Assembly (NCBI GenBank): GCA_020341815.1
Contig: CP070837.1
Location: forward strand, 849,586-890,063
Source: Candidatus Omnitrophota bacterium
GTDB taxonomy: Bacteria; Omnitrophota; Gorgyraeia; JAFGHF01
DNA: 40,478 nucleotides
Reading direction: 5' to 3'
Below, in pieces: positions 38,321-40,478 of this stretch; position 1 is the first letter of the stretch; every line of letters starts with the position of its first letter. The notes beneath the pieces are model-generated. The model saw only the letters and a list, made by a program, of their open reading frames with translations, searched no databases and was not told the DNA's origin. The translations under genes were made by a program, and so were the position numbers.

Positions 38321-38887
38321 ATGAAGAAGGGCACGTTAATTTTAATTATAGTAGGGGTTATTTTGTTGAGTCTCATCGGCTGGGTTATTGGCGGGCTCAA
38401 TTACGTGGTTATCCTGGATGAGAATGTCAATCAGTCCTGGGCCCAGGTAGAAAATCAATTACAAAGGAGAAATGACCTTATCCCCAATCTGGTTAACACC
38501 GTAAAGGGCTACGCCAGCCACGAAAGGGAATTATTTACCGAGGTTACCCAATTACGCAGCCAATGGGCATCTGCGGCAACTCGCGGTGAAAAAATTACTG
38601 CCGCCAGAGAGCTGGGCGGAGCGCTTTCGCGACTGCTTCTGGTTGCCGAAAACTATCCCGAATTAAAAGCCAATCAGAACTTCTTGACCCTGCAAAGTCA
38701 ATTAGAAGGAACTGAAAACAGAATTGCCGTGGAAAGAAGGCGTTATAATAAGTCAGTAGAGACCTTTAACGCCTACAGGCGCACGGTATTCGGCAGCATG
38801 TTTGCGGCTATGCGCGGCTTAACCAAACCGGCAGATTATTTTGAGGCCGAAGAACGGGCCACAGAGGTTCCGGAGGTAAAATTTTAA
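38321..38887 (+). CDS. lemA: LemA family protein
   Basis: QLQRRNDLIPNLV, ENYPELKA, LEGTENRI. Confidence 0.93.
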   Translation: MKKGTLILIIVGVILLSLIGWVIGGLNYVVILDENVNQSWAQVENQLQRRNDLIPNLVNTVKGYASHERELFTEVTQLRSQWASAATRGEKITAARELGGALSRLLLVAENYPELKANQNFLTLQSQLEGTENRIAVERRRYNKSVETFNAYRRTVFGSMFAAMRGLTKPADYFEAEERATEVPEVKF

Positions 38888-38905
38888 GTGAGGAGGGAAT
38901 AAAAG

Positions 38906-39271
38906 GTGAAATGGTATATTGTTCTGGTAGGGCTTTTCTGGATTGTGATAGGCCTGATGGCCTTGGCGGCTACAAAGAAGACAATGCTGACAGTGGCTAA
39001 TCTGATAAAAAATACGCGGCGGCAGACCCTGGGATTAACCAGTTTAATCTTTGGCGTATTGCTGTTAATCTCGGCCTCTTCCACGCAAGAGGCGTGGTTT
39101 GTGTCTGCGCTGGGTATTATTGCCTGCTTAAAAGGCGCAAGTATTGTCCTGGTGTCCGAGCAGAAAATGAAAGAAGTGCTGGAGTGGTGGATGGGTGCCC
39201 CGGAACTCGTCCATAAAGGATGGGGAGCGCTTATTCTGATCTTAGGCATAGTGATGTTTTACATAATCTAA
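38906..39271 (+). CDS. 4-TM hypothetical membrane protein
   Basis: RBS GAGGAGG; hydrophobic. Confidence 0.65.
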   Translation: MKWYIVLVGLFWIVIGLMALAATKKTMLTVANLIKNTRRQTLGLTSLIFGVLLLISASSTQEAWFVSALGIIACLKGASIVLVSEQKMKEVLEWWMGAPELVHKGWGALILILGIVMFYII

Positions 39272-39277
39272 AAATAT

Positions 39278-39727
39278 ATGCGCGCTGTAATCCAAAGAGT
39301 AAATACTGCCTCGGTAACGGTTAACCAAAAGATAGTAGCTAAAATAAAGAAGGGGCTGGTAATCTTTCTGGGGGTGCTCAAAGAAGACGGCCTGCCTGAT
39401 GCAGAATATTTAGCCAAAAAGATAGCGCAATTGCGCCTTTTTAGCGACCAAAATCGCAAGATGAACCTTTCTGCTTGTGATGTTCAGGCAGAAATACTCG
39501 CTGTTTCGCAATTTACTTTATGCAGTGATATAACCGATAGCGGCCGCAGGCCCAGCTTTGACAAGGCTGCGCCTTCGGAAAAAGCAGAAAAATTATATCT
39601 TGAGTTTATCGCTCATCTAGAAAAGGCGGGACTAAAGGTCAGTCAGGGTGTATTCAAAGAATATATGACCGTGCATATTGAAAATGACGGCCCGGTAACC
39701 TTCGTTCTTGACAGTAAGAAAGCTTAA
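39278..39727 (+). CDS. dtd: D-aminoacyl-tRNA deacylase
   Basis: MRAVIQRV, SQFTL, GRRPSF, NDGPVT. Confidence 0.95.
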   Translation: MRAVIQRVNTASVTVNQKIVAKIKKGLVIFLGVLKEDGLPDAEYLAKKIAQLRLFSDQNRKMNLSACDVQAEILAVSQFTLCSDITDSGRRPSFDKAAPSEKAEKLYLEFIAHLEKAGLKVSQGVFKEYMTVHIENDGPVTFVLDSKKA

Positions 39728-39734
39728 AAAATAA

Positions 39735-40478
39735 TTGACCAGAGAAATCATAAAAATCATTATCAAAAAATGCCTCGGCCATAAGAAAGGCGAACGCCTG
39801 CTTATCGTCTGTGACGATAAGTTCCAGGTAATGGCACAGGCCTTTTACAGAACGGCACGGAGAGAAGGGATAGAGGTCACGCTTCTTCAGATGGCCCCAC
39901 GGCGCATGCATGGGGAAGAACCCCCTGAGGAGGTCACCGCAAGCCTGAAAACAGCGGATATGGCAATCCTTTTGACCTTGATGTCTCTTTCTCACACACG
40001 AGCCCGCAAAACTGCCTGTGCAAAATTCGGTACCAGGATTGCCAGCCTGCCGGGCATAACCCCGGCAATACTTAAGCGGTCAATCAAGATAAATTATTCT
40101 TCCCTGAAGAAAAAATCAGAAGGCCTGGCAAGACGCTTAACTAAAGGAAAAAGCTTAGAACTCCACACAAATAAAGGCACACATCTGGTTATGTCTATCC
40201 GTAACATGCGCGGCTTTACCGATGACGGATTATATACAAAGCCCGGTTCCTTCGGAAATCTGCCGGCAGGGGAGAGCTGTATCGCCCCTTGCGAGGGCAC
40301 AACCAACGGACGGCTTATTGTTGATGCCAGCGCCCCTTTAGTGGGAAAAGTCAAGCGTCCCGTAGAATTAATCATTAAAGACGGCCTTGTGCAAAATATG
40401 CCTTTTGGCAAAATCGCTTCTTTGATTAAGCCACTGGGTAGAGCCGCCAGAAATATCGCTGAGCTGGGTATTGGCTTA
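39735..40478 (+). CDS. M29/aminopeptidase T-like metallopeptidase (runs off the window end)
   Basis: Frame from TTG 39735: CLG.KKGE.LLIVCD, HGEEPP, SLSHT.AR, GNLPAGE, NIAELGIG; absent from the track because no stop is in the window. Confidence 0.85.
   Translation, partial: MTREIIKIIIKKCLGHKKGERLLIVCDDKFQVMAQAFYRTARREGIEVTLLQMAPRRMHGEEPPEEVTASLKTADMAILLTLMSLSHTRARKTACAKFGTRIASLPGITPAILKRSIKINYSSLKKKSEGLARRLTKGKSLELHTNKGTHLVMSIRNMRGFTDDGLYTKPGSFGNLPAGESCIAPCEGTTNGRLIVDASAPLVGKVKRPVELIIKDGLVQNMPFGKIASLIKPLGRAARNIAELGIGL

Noticed and set aside
39654-40411. Minus-strand ORFs 39654..39995 and 40094..40411
   Set aside because: Antisense to the aminopeptidase frame that runs off the window end.

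Overview
Bacterial (diderm, lipid A-producing) DNA with nearly all genes on the + strand. The gene style (W-x-G-x-E-K/R-R-R PilZ proteins, AsmA-like paralogs, LemA/TPM operon) suggests Candidatus Omnitrophota or a related PVC lineage; this is inference only. The left half (1-20.7 kb) is an accessory polymorphic-toxin island. It opens with tandem secreted fibre-like paralogs, followed by a Sec-signal Ig/FG-GAP/Rhs protein of about 2050 aa with a membrane immunity gene. Next come an AT-rich defence-like cargo, an HTH gene, an MCM-like AAA+ ATPase and an unusual 555-aa tyrosine recombinase with three core-binding domains. Two start-less Rhs C-terminal toxin/immunity cassettes follow, each preceded by the same 88-bp structured repeat that ends exactly at the Rhs YY|DP codons. 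A TIR-flanked RAYT/Y1 transposase and an FkbM methyltransferase close the island. The best candidate for a novel system is a recombinase-driven, integron-like Rhs toxin-tip exchange that targets the rhs core coding sequence. The right half (20.7-40.5 kb) is envelope, signalling and housekeeping genes: OM beta-barrels, M48 proteases, PilZ/HD-GYP/REC proteins, lpxA, an LpxL-like acyltransferase, GT4, MFS, ferredoxin, TPM/LemA, dtd and a truncated M29 aminopeptidase. No rRNA, tRNA or CRISPR array was recognised.
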